From Candidatus Woodwardiibium gallinarum (GTDB lineage Bacteria; Bacillota; Clostridia; Oscillospirales; CAG-382), in contig CAJFRY010000001.1 of NCBI GenBank assembly GCA_904419545.1, positions 80,922-144,921 of the forward strand: a stretch of DNA of 64,000 bases, in the 5' to 3' direction. Made by a program: the position numbers and the translations under genes. The notes under the pieces were generated by a model. The model saw only the letters and a program-made list of their open reading frames with translations, was not told where the DNA came from and searched no databases. Positions 19,900-31,587 of this stretch are shown here, in pieces (within the stretch, counting starts at the first letter, position 1; every line of letters starts with the position of its first letter).

Positions 19900-20006
19900 G
19901 AGGACAAAACCGAAACGGATGCTCAGTTTAACATTTAGATACGACCCAAAGCAGCGTTTGGAGCATATTTAACTGCTAAACCGCGCCGTCCGCCCGTTTT
20001 GTCCTC
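19900..20006 (-). promoter_or_regulatory. long stem-loop in pnp leader (probable RNase III processing/autoregulation site)
   Basis: GAGGACAAAAC (19900-10) / GTTTTGTCCTC (19996-20006) with inner pairing 19927-37/19971-81. Confidence 0.65.
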
Positions 20007-20019
20007 CGATGGCTTTGTG

Positions 20020-20051
20020 AAAAGCGGAGCGAGGGACTCGCTCCGCTTTTT
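20020..20051 (-). terminator. rpsO terminator
   Basis: AAAAGCGGAGCGAG-GGA-CTCGCTCCGCTTTT. Confidence 0.85.
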
Positions 20052-20055
20052 GCGC

Positions 20056-20322
20056 TTACTTACGGATGTTCAAGCGGTCAATAATCACACGGTAGCGGTT
20101 GATATCATTCTTCATCAGGTAGTTAAGGAACTTTCTCCTCTTGCTGACCATCTGAAGAAGACCTCTGCGCGAATGATTATCCTTCGGATTGGCCTTGAAA
20201 TGCGCCTGCAGATCATTGATCCTGTACGTCAGAATGGCAATCTGTACCTCGGGGGAGCCTGTGTCGCCCGGATGCGTTGCGTATTCGGCAATCAACTGCT
20301 GCTTTTTTTCGCTCGAGAGCAT
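20056..20322 (-). CDS. rpsO: 30S ribosomal protein S15
   Basis: [23 protein letters not shown]; GAGGTG RBS. Confidence 0.98.
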   Translation of the reverse strand: MLSSEKKQQLIAEYATHPGDTGSPEVQIAILTYRINDLQAHFKANPKDNHSRRGLLQMVSKRRKFLNYLMKNDINRYRVIIDRLNIRK

Positions 20323-20344
20323 GTTCTTCACCTCGCTTTCTTCG

Positions 20345-20405
20345 TTTTTCGGGTAAAACCTGGCGCGTGGGCCGGTGAACCGCCGCGGCACTAAGCAATA
20401 CCTCT
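20345..20405 (-). promoter_or_regulatory. probable S15 autoregulatory leader
   Basis: Structured ~110-nt 5' UTR with TTGCTTAG...CACCGG elements between promoter and rpsO. Confidence 0.5.
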
Positions 20406-20441
20406 TTATCTGCGCACCGATATTTTCAATGCGCTTTGGAC

Positions 20442-20470
20442 ATTATAGCACACGAAGGGCGCTTTGTAAA
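20442..20470 (-). promoter_or_regulatory. sigma-A promoter of rpsO
   Basis: TTTACA-17-TATAAT with extended TG. Confidence 0.8.
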
Positions 20471-20706
20471 GTACTTTCGCGCTCTTTTTTCGTAGAATTT
20501 CCGAAAGTTCTTCTTGACGGGGCGGCAAAAGAATGGTAACATAATAGGGAAGATATGAAACCTCTGCTTGATGCGCATTTACGGTGCGCTTCAGGCTTCT
20601 ATGGCTATTATGCGGATTTTTTTTCATGTCAATACCTGCCGGAACCAAAATCGGCGGTGCGGTGATCGGACAGGGTTGCGATTTATGCGGTGAGGGGAAC
20701 GTGTCT

Positions 20707-22008
20707 ATGCTGAAAAAAAGTCTTACGGCTGTCATTGTCGGCTATGTTGTACAAGCGCTTGCGCTGCTGCTGCTTGCGGCAGCGGCCGGCGTGTGTATTT
20801 TCGCGGCCTCGTCGGGCACGCTGCCTTTTGTGGGCGGAGAGTCCGGCACGGTCAGCGAGCAGCCGTACGTTCCGCCGGCAGAGTCGACGCCGGATGAAAC
20901 GTCTGCCGAGTCCTCCGACCCGCCGGAGGAGGAAAGCGAGGTCACGCCCGAAGCCTATCTGGCGGCGCTGGAGGACTGTCAGGCAGGACTTCCGGAGGGC
21001 TGCGCGGTCACAACCGACCCGCTCGGGGACGGTGGCAGTCGTCTCGTCATCGGCGATGTGTCGAGGCTGGGCGACCTGTCGGGTTGCACAGTGACGGCGC
21101 GGATGGGCTTCTTGTATATTACGGAGGCCGACGGGGTGCTGCGGGTGTATGATAATACGCTGACCGATGTGACCGGTGCATTGGCGGGCACACAGCAGCT
21201 TGCCGCGCGTGACGCGCAGGGGCGCGCGCTGTTTGAGAAGGACGGCGCCTATTACGTGTTCGAGAGCGGCGCGCTGGTTCCGAGCGATTATGACCCGCGG
21301 GAGGATGACCGCGGCTTCGAGTTCAATTATCCCGCTTATCTCGGCGTACAAAGCGAGAGCGTACGGCGCTTCCGCTACGGGAACGCTTACGGCTACGTCT
21401 CGGCGGGCGGCAGCGTGATCGTTACCGCCAGCTTCCGTGAGGCGTTCGCGTGGGGAGAGGAAGACGTCGGCTGTGTCATCGCCGCGCCGAACGGACGCGA
21501 GATGCTGTATTTTTACAACCGCCGTTCGCAGGAGGTGTCGCGCAGCTATTACGCGCCGGATACCCGCGGGGAGGAGAGCGTCGGCTTCTTTTACTTCGAC
21601 GACGGACTGACCCGCGTGCGCATCCGCGAAACCGATGCCGACGGGACGGAGTACTTCCGCGAAGGGCTGATGCTGTTCGACGGTTCGCTGTTCCCGCTTC
21701 CGGCGGACTATACCGTCCGCGCGTATTCCGACAGCGTGATTCTGTTGGAAAAGGACGGCCTGTTCGGTTATATGAGCAGCCGCGGCGTGTGGCTGACCGA
21801 GCCTGCGTTTATCGACGCGTCGCCCTTTTATGAGGGCCTGGCCGTTGTCACTGCGGCGGACGGACGTCAGGGGTTGATCGACCGCACCGGCTCGTATGTG
21901 CTGCCTGCGGTCTACGACAGCATCACCAATTGCTCGGACGGGGTCGTGCTTGCCCGCTCGGAGACATTCGGGGACGTGCTTTTGCTGAAGATTGCTGCTG
22001 ATGCTTGA
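20707..22008 (+). CDS. membrane-anchored WG-repeat (beta-repeat) protein
   Basis: N-terminal TM, acidic Pro/Glu/Ser linker, repeats such as DGLFGYMSSRG..EPAFIDASPFYEGLAVV and GRQGLIDRTG; alternative GTG start 20701; TTGACG-17-TAACAT at 20514-20542. Confidence 0.8.
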   Translation: MLKKSLTAVIVGYVVQALALLLLAAAAGVCIFAASSGTLPFVGGESGTVSEQPYVPPAESTPDETSAESSDPPEEESEVTPEAYLAALEDCQAGLPEGCAVTTDPLGDGGSRLVIGDVSRLGDLSGCTVTARMGFLYITEADGVLRVYDNTLTDVTGALAGTQQLAARDAQGRALFEKDGAYYVFESGALVPSDYDPREDDRGFEFNYPAYLGVQSESVRRFRYGNAYGYVSAGGSVIVTASFREAFAWGEEDVGCVIAAPNGREMLYFYNRRSQEVSRSYYAPDTRGEESVGFFYFDDGLTRVRIRETDADGTEYFREGLMLFDGSLFPLPADYTVRAYSDSVILLEKDGLFGYMSSRGVWLTEPAFIDASPFYEGLAVVTAADGRQGLIDRTGSYVLPAVYDSITNCSDGVVLARSETFGDVLLLKIAADA

Positions 22009-22193
22009 AAAGGGGAATGGACTGCGTTTATATGAAGGTTACGGATAAAGCGGCCGGCGGAGAAGTATCCTTTCTTTCGTCTGGCAAGGGAAAACAAGGA
22101 GAAGTCCCTGAGGCTGGAATATAAAGCCCCCGAAACAACTTGAAAACACAGCGCTTTCAGAAGACTTAACGGATAAAACAGAATCGGCGGGAG

Positions 22194-22958
22194 ATGACAG
22201 CGTTGCAGGAAATAAAGCATGACCGTTCCACGCTTGCCTGGAATGCTATGGGCGATGAATGGTTTCGGCTGGCGCAGTCGGGGGAAAGCAGAAATTGTTT
22301 TATTATGCCCAATATGCTCAAATTCATAGGCGATGTAAAAGGTCAAAAAGTTCTGGATTTGGGCTGCGGCGAAGGCGGCTATTCACGGGAGCTTGCGAAG
22401 CGGGGAGCGCAGCTTGTTTCTGTGGACTGCTCGGCAAAAGCCGTTGCATATGCGACCGCTTTTGCAAATGAAGAAAATCTTTGCATTGAGCACTTTGTCC
22501 GAAACAGCAACGATCTGTTTGATATAGAATCCGAACAGTTCGATCTTGTTCTTTGTTCCATGATGCTTATGGACTGCGAGGATTTTGAAGGAACTCTTCG
22601 GGAAGCTGTTCGTGTATTGAAACCCAATGGCCGGCTGTTTGCAAGCGTTCTGCATCCCTGCTTCGATGGGAATCACGAATCCGGCATAGGGCGCCAGGGG
22701 ATTGGCGTTGACCGGCAGGTGGTTGTGATGAATTATTTTGAGCCCAAGGAGTGGGAGTCTCCCCTTTGGGGAGGAACGATTCCTGTAATTTGGAGACACA
22801 GAACGATGGAAGAGTATGTGAAGGCATTCCTCAAAGCCGGATTGACGATTGTGGATTTGAACGAACCGCGACCAACCGAAGAACAGGCGCAGATGTCCGT
22901 TGCGATGGCTTGGCTTAGGAAAATCCCGCTGTTTTTATATTGGGAATTAAAAAAATAA
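22194..22958 (+). CDS. class I SAM-dependent methyltransferase
   Basis: VLDLGCGEG motif I, RVLKPNG, HPCF; visibly more AT-rich than neighbours. Confidence 0.9.
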   Translation: MTALQEIKHDRSTLAWNAMGDEWFRLAQSGESRNCFIMPNMLKFIGDVKGQKVLDLGCGEGGYSRELAKRGAQLVSVDCSAKAVAYATAFANEENLCIEHFVRNSNDLFDIESEQFDLVLCSMMLMDCEDFEGTLREAVRVLKPNGRLFASVLHPCFDGNHESGIGRQGIGVDRQVVVMNYFEPKEWESPLWGGTIPVIWRHRTMEEYVKAFLKAGLTIVDLNEPRPTEEQAQMSVAMAWLRKIPLFLYWELKK

Positions 22959-23107
22959 ACAAAAACTTTCCGGTTTTTCGGACCGCCCGGGAGTTGTGCG
23001 GCCTGCGGCGTCTCATTGCACTGTCGGCGGCAGGGAACTTTCCCTCGCGGCACTCGCCTCGTATTTGCCGCACGCAAACGGTTCGCTGCCGGCAATCTTG
23101 AAAAACA

Positions 23108-23140
23108 AACCTCCGTATGTTCTTCGTCGTACGGAGGTTT
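23108..23140 (+). terminator. hairpin / terminator
   Basis: AAACCTCCGTA...TACGGAGGTTT. Confidence 0.6.
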
Positions 23141-23270
23141 AACTGTTTTCGTGTGCATGCCGGTTTGCGCAGGACTTTTGTGCGGCGGTGTGCGGAAAGA
23201 TGCGTGTTTTGGTCGAAGCCTGTCAAAACAAAAAACGCCGGAAAACTTTGCTAAATCCAATTTATTTAAC

Positions 23271-23299
23271 TTGATTTTGCCTATGCTTTGTAGTATACT
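23271..23299 (+). promoter_or_regulatory. sigma-A promoter of the glycogen operon
   Basis: TTGATT-17-TATACT. Confidence 0.65.
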
Positions 23300-23330
23300 G
23301 ATAAATGAAAAATGTGCGGGAGGCGCGGAC

Positions 23331-25271
23331 GTGCAGAAAACGAAGGATCAGCTTGCCGAATACCTTTTCCATCAGGGAACGAACTACCGCGCCTACACTT
23401 ATCTGGGCGCACACCGCGCGCGGGGAGGCGGCTATGTGTTCCGCGTCTGGGCGCCGAACGCCGACGCCGTTTATCTGACGGGCGACTTCAACGGCTGGGG
23501 TGCCGATATGCTGATGGAAAAGCAGCCGAGCGGAATCTGGACTGCGACGCTGCCGGACGACCGGTTCGGGGAGTATTCCAAATACAAATTCATTGTCGAG
23601 CGCGGCGGTAAGCGCTGTTACAAATCCGATCCGTACGCATTTTACTCCGAGACGGGCGAAAAGACCGCCTCGATCCGCTATACGCTCGACGGTTATGACT
23701 GGCAGGACGGCGCATATATGCAGAAGCGCCATCTCGGCCGCTTCCATCTGGAAAACGACGCGATGCCGCCGGTGCCCGTCAACATCTATGAAGTGCATCT
23801 CGGCTCGTGGAAGCGTAAGCCGGACGGGTCGTATCTCACGTACCGCGAGCTTGCGGACGAGCTGAGCGTATATGCCGCCGATATGGGGTATACACACATC
23901 GAGCTGATGCCGGTAGCCGAGCATCCCTATGATGGGTCGTGGGGGTATCAGGTCTGCGGTTACTACGCGCCGACCTCGCGCTTCGGCGAACCGAAGGATT
24001 TTATGTATTTTGTCGACCGGATGCACGCGGCGGGAATCGGTGTGATTTTGGACTGGGTGCCTGCGCATTTCCCGAAGGACGCGCATGGGCTGTATGCGTT
24101 TGACGGCGGTCCGCTGTACGAATATCAGGGTGCCGACCGGCAGGAGCACCGCGAATGGGGAACGCGTGCTTTTGACGTCGGCCGCACTGAGGTGCAGTCC
24201 TTCCTCGTTTCCAACGCGCTGTTCTGGTTCGATAAATATCACATCGACGGCCTGCGCATCGACGCCGTCGCTTCGATGCTCTACCTCGATTACGGACGTC
24301 AGCCCGGGGAGTGGAATCCCAATCCCGACGGGTCGAACATCAACCGCGAATCGGTGGCCTTTTTCAAGAAGCTCAACGCCGCCGTCAGCGCCAACTATCC
24401 CGATGTGCTGATGATTGCGGAGGAATCGACCGCTTACCCGATGGTCACGTATCGGGAGGGACTGGGCTTTTCAATGAAATGGAACATGGGGTGGATGAAC
24501 GATACGCTCGCCTATATTGCTGCCGATCCGATCTACCGCAAAGGGATGCACAATAAGATGACCTTCTCGCTGATGTATGCGTTCGGTGAGAATTATGTGC
24601 TGCCCATCTCGCATGACGAGGTGGTGCACGGTAAAAAGTCGCTTCTGGACAAGATGTACGGCAGCTATGAGCAGAAATTTGCCACTATGCGCGCATACCT
24701 TAGCTATATGACGGCTCATCCGGGCAAAAAGCTGCTGTTTATGGGGTGTGAGTTCGGGCAGTTCCGCGAGTGGGACTACGCGTCCTCGCTCGAGTGGTTT
24801 ATGCTGGATTATGAGATGCATGCCAAGCTGCGGGATTTTGTCCGCACGCTTAACCGCTTTTATCTTGCTGCGCCTCCGCTCTGGGAGCTGGACCGTTCCT
24901 GGGAGGGCTTCTGCTGGACAGCGGCGGACCGCAGTGACGACAACGTGCTTGTGTTCGAGCGGTACGCGGCGGACGGCGATTCCGTTGTATTTGCGGTGAA
25001 TTTTTCGGGTGCGATGCGGCGGGATTACCCCGTTCCCGTGCGGAAGGAAGGCGTCTACCGTGAGCTGCTCAACAGTGATGACCGGGCTTTCGGCGGTACA
25101 GGTATCCTGCATCCCGGAGAGCTGCCGTGCGAACCGGCGCCGGAGGGCGGCTTCTGCGTCCGTCTGGACTTTCCGCCGCTGACGGCCTTGTTCCTTAAAC
25201 GAATCGATCCGCCCGTGCGGGCGGATCGCGATAAACGTTCCAAAAAGAAGAAAAGGGATGACGGAATATGA
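23331..25271 (+). CDS. glgB: 1,4-alpha-glucan branching enzyme
   Basis: [57 protein letters not shown]; GTG start after GGGAGG. Confidence 0.97.
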   Translation: MQKTKDQLAEYLFHQGTNYRAYTYLGAHRARGGGYVFRVWAPNADAVYLTGDFNGWGADMLMEKQPSGIWTATLPDDRFGEYSKYKFIVERGGKRCYKSDPYAFYSETGEKTASIRYTLDGYDWQDGAYMQKRHLGRFHLENDAMPPVPVNIYEVHLGSWKRKPDGSYLTYRELADELSVYAADMGYTHIELMPVAEHPYDGSWGYQVCGYYAPTSRFGEPKDFMYFVDRMHAAGIGVILDWVPAHFPKDAHGLYAFDGGPLYEYQGADRQEHREWGTRAFDVGRTEVQSFLVSNALFWFDKYHIDGLRIDAVASMLYLDYGRQPGEWNPNPDGSNINRESVAFFKKLNAAVSANYPDVLMIAEESTAYPMVTYREGLGFSMKWNMGWMNDTLAYIAADPIYRKGMHNKMTFSLMYAFGENYVLPISHDEVVHGKKSLLDKMYGSYEQKFATMRAYLSYMTAHPGKKLLFMGCEFGQFREWDYASSLEWFMLDYEMHAKLRDFVRTLNRFYLAAPPLWELDRSWEGFCWTAADRSDDNVLVFERYAADGDSVVFAVNFSGAMRRDYPVPVRKEGVYRELLNSDDRAFGGTGILHPGELPCEPAPEGGFCVRLDFPPLTALFLKRIDPPVRADRDKRSKKKKRDDGI

Positions 25272-26488
25272 TCAGGAAAAAAGAATGCGTTGCTATGCTT
25301 CTGGCCGGCGGGCAGGGCAGCCGGCTGTACCTGCTCACCGAGCGGACGGCAAAGCCTGCCGTGTCCTTCGGCGGCAAATACCGCATCATCGATTTTCCGC
25401 TCTCCAACTGCATCAACAGCGGAATCGATACGGTGGGTGTGCTTACGCAGTATCAGCCGCTGGCCCTCAATGAGTACATCGGGAACGGACAGCCCTGGGA
25501 CCTTGACCGCGTGCTGGGCGGGATAATGGTTCTGCCGCCTTATCAGGGCTCCAAAAGAGCCGATTGGTACAAAGGAACGGCCAACGCCATCTATCAGAAT
25601 ATGAATTTCATCGAGCGCTATGACCCGGAGTATGTTGTCGTTCTCTCGGGCGACCACATTTATAAAATGGATTATTCCGAAATGGTGCGACGGCATAAGG
25701 AGACGCAGGCAGACTGCACAATTGCCGTCTTCCATGTAACGCCGGAGGAGACGAGCCGTTTCGGTATTATGAGCACCGACAAGGAGGGCCGCATCGTCAA
25801 GTTCGAAGAAAAGCCTAAGCAGACCGACAGCACGCAGGCCTCGATGGGCGTGTACGTTTTCTCAAAGGAGAAGCTGTTCCAGTACCTCGAAGAGGATGAG
25901 CACGACCCCGAAAGCGAGAACGACTTCGGCAGGAATATCATTCCCAAAATGCTTGCGGCCGGTGAGCGGATGTTTGCATTCCCGTTTTCGGGATATTGGA
26001 AGGACGTCGGAACCATCCAGTCGCTGTGGGAGGCGAATATGGACCTGCTCGGCGACCGTCCCGCGCTGGATCTGCGGGATGAAAGCTGGCGCATCTTCTC
26101 ACGCAACTATGCCGAGCCGCCGCACTTTATCGGTGCAAATGCGGTCGTCGGCAATTCGCTGGTGACCGAAGGATGTGAAATTTACGGCAGTGTGATCAAT
26201 TCGGTTATTTCCGGCGATGTGGTGGTGGAAAAAGGCGCCGTCGTTAAGGATTCGGTGATTTTGGACGGCGTTCGCATCTGTGAAGGCGCGCAGGTACACT
26301 ATTCCATACTCGACGCGGACACGACGGTGGGCCGCGGCGCTTCTGTCGGTTGCGAGCGGAAGAATGCCTCCGGCCTTACCCTTGTCGGCGGCGGGCTGGC
26401 CGTGCCCGAGGGCGCCGTCATCCCCGACGGCGTGCGTGCGGACGGTGCGTTGATCGCTTCGCTCGCCCATACGCGCGAAGCGGTTTGA
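25268..26488 (+). CDS. glgC: glucose-1-phosphate adenylyltransferase
   Basis: [37 protein letters not shown]. Confidence 0.98.
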   Translation: MIRKKECVAMLLAGGQGSRLYLLTERTAKPAVSFGGKYRIIDFPLSNCINSGIDTVGVLTQYQPLALNEYIGNGQPWDLDRVLGGIMVLPPYQGSKRADWYKGTANAIYQNMNFIERYDPEYVVVLSGDHIYKMDYSEMVRRHKETQADCTIAVFHVTPEETSRFGIMSTDKEGRIVKFEEKPKQTDSTQASMGVYVFSKEKLFQYLEEDEHDPESENDFGRNIIPKMLAAGERMFAFPFSGYWKDVGTIQSLWEANMDLLGDRPALDLRDESWRIFSRNYAEPPHFIGANAVVGNSLVTEGCEIYGSVINSVISGDVVVEKGAVVKDSVILDGVRICEGAQVHYSILDADTTVGRGASVGCERKNASGLTLVGGGLAVPEGAVIPDGVRADGALIASLAHTREAV

Positions 26489-26544
26489 GCTTGTGCATGT
26501 AAAATAAAGGCCGTCCGATGCGGGCGGCGGAATGGAGAAAAACA

Positions 26545-27675
26545 ATGTCTGCGGTAGGTATCATTTTTTCCAACTTACATGATAAGAATATTGCAGAGCT
26601 GACGCGGCAGCGCACGATGGCGTCCGTTCCTTTCGGCTGCCGGTACCGGCTGATTGATTTTACGCTTTCCAATATGGTCAATTCGGGCATCACGCACGTC
26701 GGTGTGATTACCCATTACAATTATCAATCGTTGATGGACCATATCGGCTCGGGCAAGGATTGGGACCTTGCGCGGCGCAGCGGCGGCGTCCAGATTCTCC
26801 CGCCGTATATCACGGCGTTTTCCAACAGTGCCAATTTTTTGTACAATACCCGTCTGGAGGCGCTCAAAAGCATCAACTCCTTCATCACCAACTGCAAGGA
26901 GGATTACGTTGTTCTCTCCGATTGCGACGTCATCTGTAACATCGACCTGTCCGCAATTCTGGAAACGCATGTCCGTTCGGGCGCAGACGCGACCTTCATC
27001 GTTAAGCGCTCGTATCTGACAAAGGAATTGAAGGCGCCGACCGTCGTAATGGAAAGCGACGAAAACGGCCGCTTGACCGGCGTGGAGGAATATTCCGGCA
27101 ATAAGAGCGGCTACGCCGATGTGTCGCTGAACATTTGGGTCACCCAGCGCCGGTTCTTGGAGGATAGCGTGCTCGACGCGGCGGCACATGGGTACGATGA
27201 TTTTACAAACGACGTCATAAAACGCAATTTATATGCCTATAATTTCAGAGTGTATCCGTGCAGCGACTATTTCGCTTCCGTGCATTCGCTCACCGATTAC
27301 TATATGTGCAGTATGGACCTTCTGGACGCAAACGTGCGCAGGCAGCTTTTCGACGTAAAGTCGCGTCCGATCTATACAAAGATCCGCAACAGTCCGCCGA
27401 CCGTGTATTCGCGTGAGGGGATCGTCAAGAATTCGCTCGTGGCCGACGGCTGCCTGATCGAAGGGACGGTGGAGAATTCCATTCTTTTCCGCGGCGTCAA
27501 GGTCGGCAAGGGCACACACATCCGCAATTCGATCCTGATGCAGGATACGCTGACCGGCGAAAACGTATATCTGAACTGTGTCATCACGGATAAGGACGTC
27601 GTCCTGCGCGACGGCCGCGTGCTTTCCGGGCACGAGACGATGCCGTTTTATATACGTAAGGGTTCGATCGTCTGA
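26545..27675 (+). CDS. glgD: ADP-glucose pyrophosphorylase subunit GlgD
   Basis: ASVPFGCRYRLIDF, GSGKDWDLAR, IYTKIRNSPPT. Confidence 0.95.
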   Translation: MSAVGIIFSNLHDKNIAELTRQRTMASVPFGCRYRLIDFTLSNMVNSGITHVGVITHYNYQSLMDHIGSGKDWDLARRSGGVQILPPYITAFSNSANFLYNTRLEALKSINSFITNCKEDYVVLSDCDVICNIDLSAILETHVRSGADATFIVKRSYLTKELKAPTVVMESDENGRLTGVEEYSGNKSGYADVSLNIWVTQRRFLEDSVLDAAAHGYDDFTNDVIKRNLYAYNFRVYPCSDYFASVHSLTDYYMCSMDLLDANVRRQLFDVKSRPIYTKIRNSPPTVYSREGIVKNSLVADGCLIEGTVENSILFRGVKVGKGTHIRNSILMQDTLTGENVYLNCVITDKDVVLRDGRVLSGHETMPFYIRKGSIV

Positions 27676-27711
27676 GCCGTCTGCCGGTTGGAAAGAGAGG
27701 AGAACCGAGCT

Positions 27712-29145
27712 ATGAAAAAGATTTTGTTTGTTGCCTCCGAGGCGCTGCCGTTTGCTTCTTCGGGCGGCTTGGGAGACGTGATCGGCTCGCTGCCCGCAGC
27801 CATCGCCGAGACGTCGGCGGGGGACTGCGATGTGCGTGTCGTCCTGCCGCTCTATGGCACGATGGAGGAAAAATACCGCGCACAGCTTACATTTGTACAA
27901 AGCATTACCGTCAATCTTGCATGGCGGAAACAGTACTGCGGGATTTTCACCTGTGAGAGAAACGGCGTAACCTTCTACTTTGTCGATAACGAATATTATT
28001 TCAAGCGCGATTCACTCTACGGACAGTATGACGACGGCGAACGCTATGCCTTTTTCTGCAAGGCGGTGCTGGAGCTTCTGCCTGTTGTGGATTTTATGCC
28101 GGATGTCCTGCACGCGCATGACTGGCAGAGCGCGCTGACAGTTATTTACCTGAAATACAAATACGGGCTGGTGCCCGGCTATTCGTCGGTCAAGAGTGTA
28201 TTCACCATCCATAACATCGCCTATCAGGGCGTGTATGGGTTCGACATTCTCGGCGACGTATTCGAGCTGATACCGGGTGAGAGCAGCGTGGTCGATTATT
28301 CGGGCAGTATCAACCTGATGAAAGGCGCCATCGTCTGTGCGGATGCGGTTACCACCGTAAGCCCCACTTATGCGCGCGAGATTCTTTCGCCCAAGTTTTC
28401 CGGCGGCCTGCACCATGTGCTGGAGCTGCATAAGGGCAAGCTGCGCGGCATCCTCAACGGCATCGACACGGCGTATTACGATCCCGAACACGATCCCGAG
28501 CTGTTTGCCAATTATTCCGCCGGGGACCCGGCCGGAAAGGCGGTCAACAAGGCAGAGCTGCAGCGGATGCTTTCACTTCCCGAGTCGCCGGACACGCCGG
28601 TGATCGCCATCGTTTCACGCCTGGCCGACCATAAGGGACTGGACCTTGTCGCGCTGGCTGCGGATGACATTTTGGAGGGCAGCGTGCAGCTTATTGTTCT
28701 CGGCAAGGGTGAATATTATTATGAGAATTTTTTCTATCATCTTGCGCAGCGCTATCCGAATAAGATGAGCGCGCTGCTGGTGTACAACAAGGATCTGTCC
28801 AAGAAGGTTTATGCAGGCGCAGATATGTTCCTGATGCCGTCCAAGACCGAGCCCTGCGGCCTGTCGCAGATGATCGCATCGCGTTACGGCGCGGTGCCGA
28901 TCGTGCGGGAGACCGGCGGGCTGTACGATTCTATCCGCGACTGCGGCTGGCCGGACGGCGGAAACGGCTTCACCTTCGCACCTTACAGCGCGTGGGAAAT
29001 GCTCGGCGCTGTTCGACGGGCGGAGGCGATGTACAACGAGCGGCCCGATCAGTGGCGTGCGCTGCGGCATACCGCAATGACATATGACTTTACATGGAAC
29101 CGCTCGGCGAAGCAATATATCGAGTTGTATGGCGAATTGAACTGA
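27712..29145 (+). CDS. glgA: glycogen synthase
   Basis: SGGLGDVIGSLP, HDWQ, TIHNIAYQG, EPCGLSQM. Confidence 0.97.
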   Translation: MKKILFVASEALPFASSGGLGDVIGSLPAAIAETSAGDCDVRVVLPLYGTMEEKYRAQLTFVQSITVNLAWRKQYCGIFTCERNGVTFYFVDNEYYFKRDSLYGQYDDGERYAFFCKAVLELLPVVDFMPDVLHAHDWQSALTVIYLKYKYGLVPGYSSVKSVFTIHNIAYQGVYGFDILGDVFELIPGESSVVDYSGSINLMKGAIVCADAVTTVSPTYAREILSPKFSGGLHHVLELHKGKLRGILNGIDTAYYDPEHDPELFANYSAGDPAGKAVNKAELQRMLSLPESPDTPVIAIVSRLADHKGLDLVALAADDILEGSVQLIVLGKGEYYYENFFYHLAQRYPNKMSALLVYNKDLSKKVYAGADMFLMPSKTEPCGLSQMIASRYGAVPIVRETGGLYDSIRDCGWPDGGNGFTFAPYSAWEMLGAVRRAEAMYNERPDQWRALRHTAMTYDFTWNRSAKQYIELYGELN

Positions 29146-29169
29146 GCGTAAAGGAAATGGAGAAAACCG

Positions 29170-31587
29170 ATGATAAAGCAGAAACAAATCCGGGAGGCGC
29201 TTGTCAGCAAGCTGTCGAGGTATTTCGGGATGTCGCCCGCCGAGGCCGGGGATGAACAGATCTATAAGGCCACGGTGCTGACCGTGCGCGATATCCTTGC
29301 GCAGAAAAACCGGGCCTTTTCCGAGCGCGTCAAGGCCGGGGAACAAAAGCGAGTGTATTATATCTGTCTGGAGTTTCTCGTCGGCCGTTCGCTGCGGATG
29401 AATCTGAATAACCTCGGCCTGGAGCGTGAGTACCGTGACGCGCTCGCCGAGCTGGGGTTTGATCTGGATGCCGTGTACGAGAAGGAGCCTGACCCCGGCC
29501 TCGGCAATGGCGGTTTGGGAAGGCTTGCGGCCTGCTTTATGGACGCGCTGTCCACGCTGGAATATCCGGCGCGCGGCTTCTCTATCCTGTATGAATATGG
29601 TCTTTTCCGCCAGCGGATTGTGGACGGCGAGCAGCTCGAACTGCCCGATATATGGCTGCCGGAGGGTGAGGTCTGGCTCGTTCCCCGACAGGACCGCGCC
29701 GTGACCGTCCGCTTCGGCGGCCGTGTGGAGGAACGGTGGGAGGATGGCGTTTGCCACATCAACCAGTATGACTGCGACGAGGTGGAAGCCGTCCCCTATG
29801 ATATGTTCATTTCGGGCGCCGACAGCAAGGCGGTCAGTGTGCTGCGGCTCTGGAAGGCGCGCGACATCCGCAATTTTAATATGGAAGCCTTTTCACAGGG
29901 ACAGTATATCAAGGCCGTGGAGGAGAACACGATGGCAGAGACCATCTCAAAAGTGCTCTATCCGGCGGACAATCACCCCGAGGGCAAGCTGCTGCGCCTC
30001 TCGCAGCAGTATTTCCTCGTCTGCGCATCGCTGCAGAATATTCTCAACAACCATTTTACACAGTATAAGACTTTTGATAACCTGCCCGATAAGGTCGCCA
30101 TCCACATCAACGATACGCACCCAGCGCTTGTCATTCCTGAGCTGATGCGCGTGTTGGTTGATCAGCATCAGTTCCCGTGGGAAAAGGCATGGGACATTAC
30201 GGTCCGTACAGTTTCCTACACCAACCATACCGTGATGCCCGAGGCTCTCGAGTGCTGGAATGAGGACCTTTTCCGTGTCAAGCTGCCCCGCATCTATGCC
30301 ATTATCCATGAAATCAATGAACGCTTCTGCGCGGATGCGTGGCGGCTGTGGCAGGGGGATTGGGAAAAAATCAGCCGGATGTCCATCATCAATCACGCGC
30401 AGATTCGTATGGCCAATCTTTCGGTCGTCGGCTCGCATATGGTCAACGGCGTTTCCAAGCTGCACAGCGAGATTCTGAAAAATTCGGTTTTCAGAGATTT
30501 GCATGACATGTATCCCGAGCGTTTTACAAACGTAACCAACGGCATCGCGCACCGCCGGTGGCTCTGTTGTGCCAACCCGCGGTTGGCCGCGCTCATCGAG
30601 TCGCGTATCGGCCGCGCATACCGCAAGCAGCCCGAAGCGCTCGAAAAGCTGCTTGCGTATCGGGACGACGAAGATACGCTGCGCGAGCTGGAAACCGTCA
30701 AGCGGGCCAATAAAGCCGACTTCTCCAATTTCGTGTACGGCGCCACCGGGATTCTGCTCGACCCCGATTCGATCTTTGACGTGCAGGTCAAGCGGCTGCA
30801 CGAATACAAACGGCAGCTCCTCAACGCGCTGCATATCATCGATTTGTATCTCGCGCTGAAGGATAACCCTGCGCTTGAGATGCGGCCGCACAGCTTTATT
30901 TTCGGTGCGAAGGCCGCGCCGGGTTATTATCTGGCCAAGGATATCATCCGCCTGATCTGCTATATTTCTGCGGACATTGAAAAGCACCCGGAAATCGCGC
31001 GCAAGCTCAGGGTCGTATTTTTGGAAAATTACAACGTTACGCTTGCCGAACGTCTCATACCCGCCTCGGATGTCAGCGAGCAGATCTCGCTTGCCGGAAA
31101 GGAAGCCAGCGGCACGGGAAATATGAAATTTATGATCAACGGCGCCGTTACCGTCGGAACGCTTGACGGTGCGAACGTCGAAATTGCCGAGGCCGTCGGG
31201 GACGACAGCATCTTTATCTTCGGTCACACGGCCGAGGAGGTGGAGGAGCTGTGGCGCAAGGGCTATGCATCGAGCTGCTATTACAACCGCAGCGAACGCC
31301 TCAAGCGGGTCATCGATTATTTGCAGACGGGCTTCAACGGCCGCTCGTTCGGAGATATTGCCAATTATCTGCTGTTTTCCTACGGCATTTCCGACCCGTA
31401 TATGTGTCTGGCCGATTACGATTATTATGCAGATGCGCAGTCGAAGATGACCGCCGCCTATGAGGACCGTACGCGCTGGAACCGCATAGCGCTGACGAAC
31501 ATTGCCAAGGCCGGTATTTTCTCCGCTGACCGCAGCATCACCGAATACGCCGAGAAGATCTGGCGTTTGAAGCGTCTCGAAGGTTGA
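29170..31587 (+). CDS. glgP: glycogen/maltodextrin phosphorylase
   Basis: LGNGGLGRLAACF, INDTHP, KRLHEYKRQ, EASGTGNMKFMING. Confidence 0.98.
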   Translation: MIKQKQIREALVSKLSRYFGMSPAEAGDEQIYKATVLTVRDILAQKNRAFSERVKAGEQKRVYYICLEFLVGRSLRMNLNNLGLEREYRDALAELGFDLDAVYEKEPDPGLGNGGLGRLAACFMDALSTLEYPARGFSILYEYGLFRQRIVDGEQLELPDIWLPEGEVWLVPRQDRAVTVRFGGRVEERWEDGVCHINQYDCDEVEAVPYDMFISGADSKAVSVLRLWKARDIRNFNMEAFSQGQYIKAVEENTMAETISKVLYPADNHPEGKLLRLSQQYFLVCASLQNILNNHFTQYKTFDNLPDKVAIHINDTHPALVIPELMRVLVDQHQFPWEKAWDITVRTVSYTNHTVMPEALECWNEDLFRVKLPRIYAIIHEINERFCADAWRLWQGDWEKISRMSIINHAQIRMANLSVVGSHMVNGVSKLHSEILKNSVFRDLHDMYPERFTNVTNGIAHRRWLCCANPRLAALIESRIGRAYRKQPEALEKLLAYRDDEDTLRELETVKRANKADFSNFVYGATGILLDPDSIFDVQVKRLHEYKRQLLNALHIIDLYLALKDNPALEMRPHSFIFGAKAAPGYYLAKDIIRLICYISADIEKHPEIARKLRVVFLENYNVTLAERLIPASDVSEQISLAGKEASGTGNMKFMINGAVTVGTLDGANVEIAEAVGDDSIFIFGHTAEEVEELWRKGYASSCYYNRSERLKRVIDYLQTGFNGRSFGDIANYLLFSYGISDPYMCLADYDYYADAQSKMTAAYEDRTRWNRIALTNIAKAGIFSADRSITEYAEKIWRLKRLEG

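Noticed and set aside
20555-20665. 36-aa uORF ending CQYLPEPKSAVR, faintly AgrD-like
   Set aside because: ATG lies only about 7 nt after the predicted start site, so the RBS is barely transcribed; no agrB nearby; N-terminus not AgrD-like.
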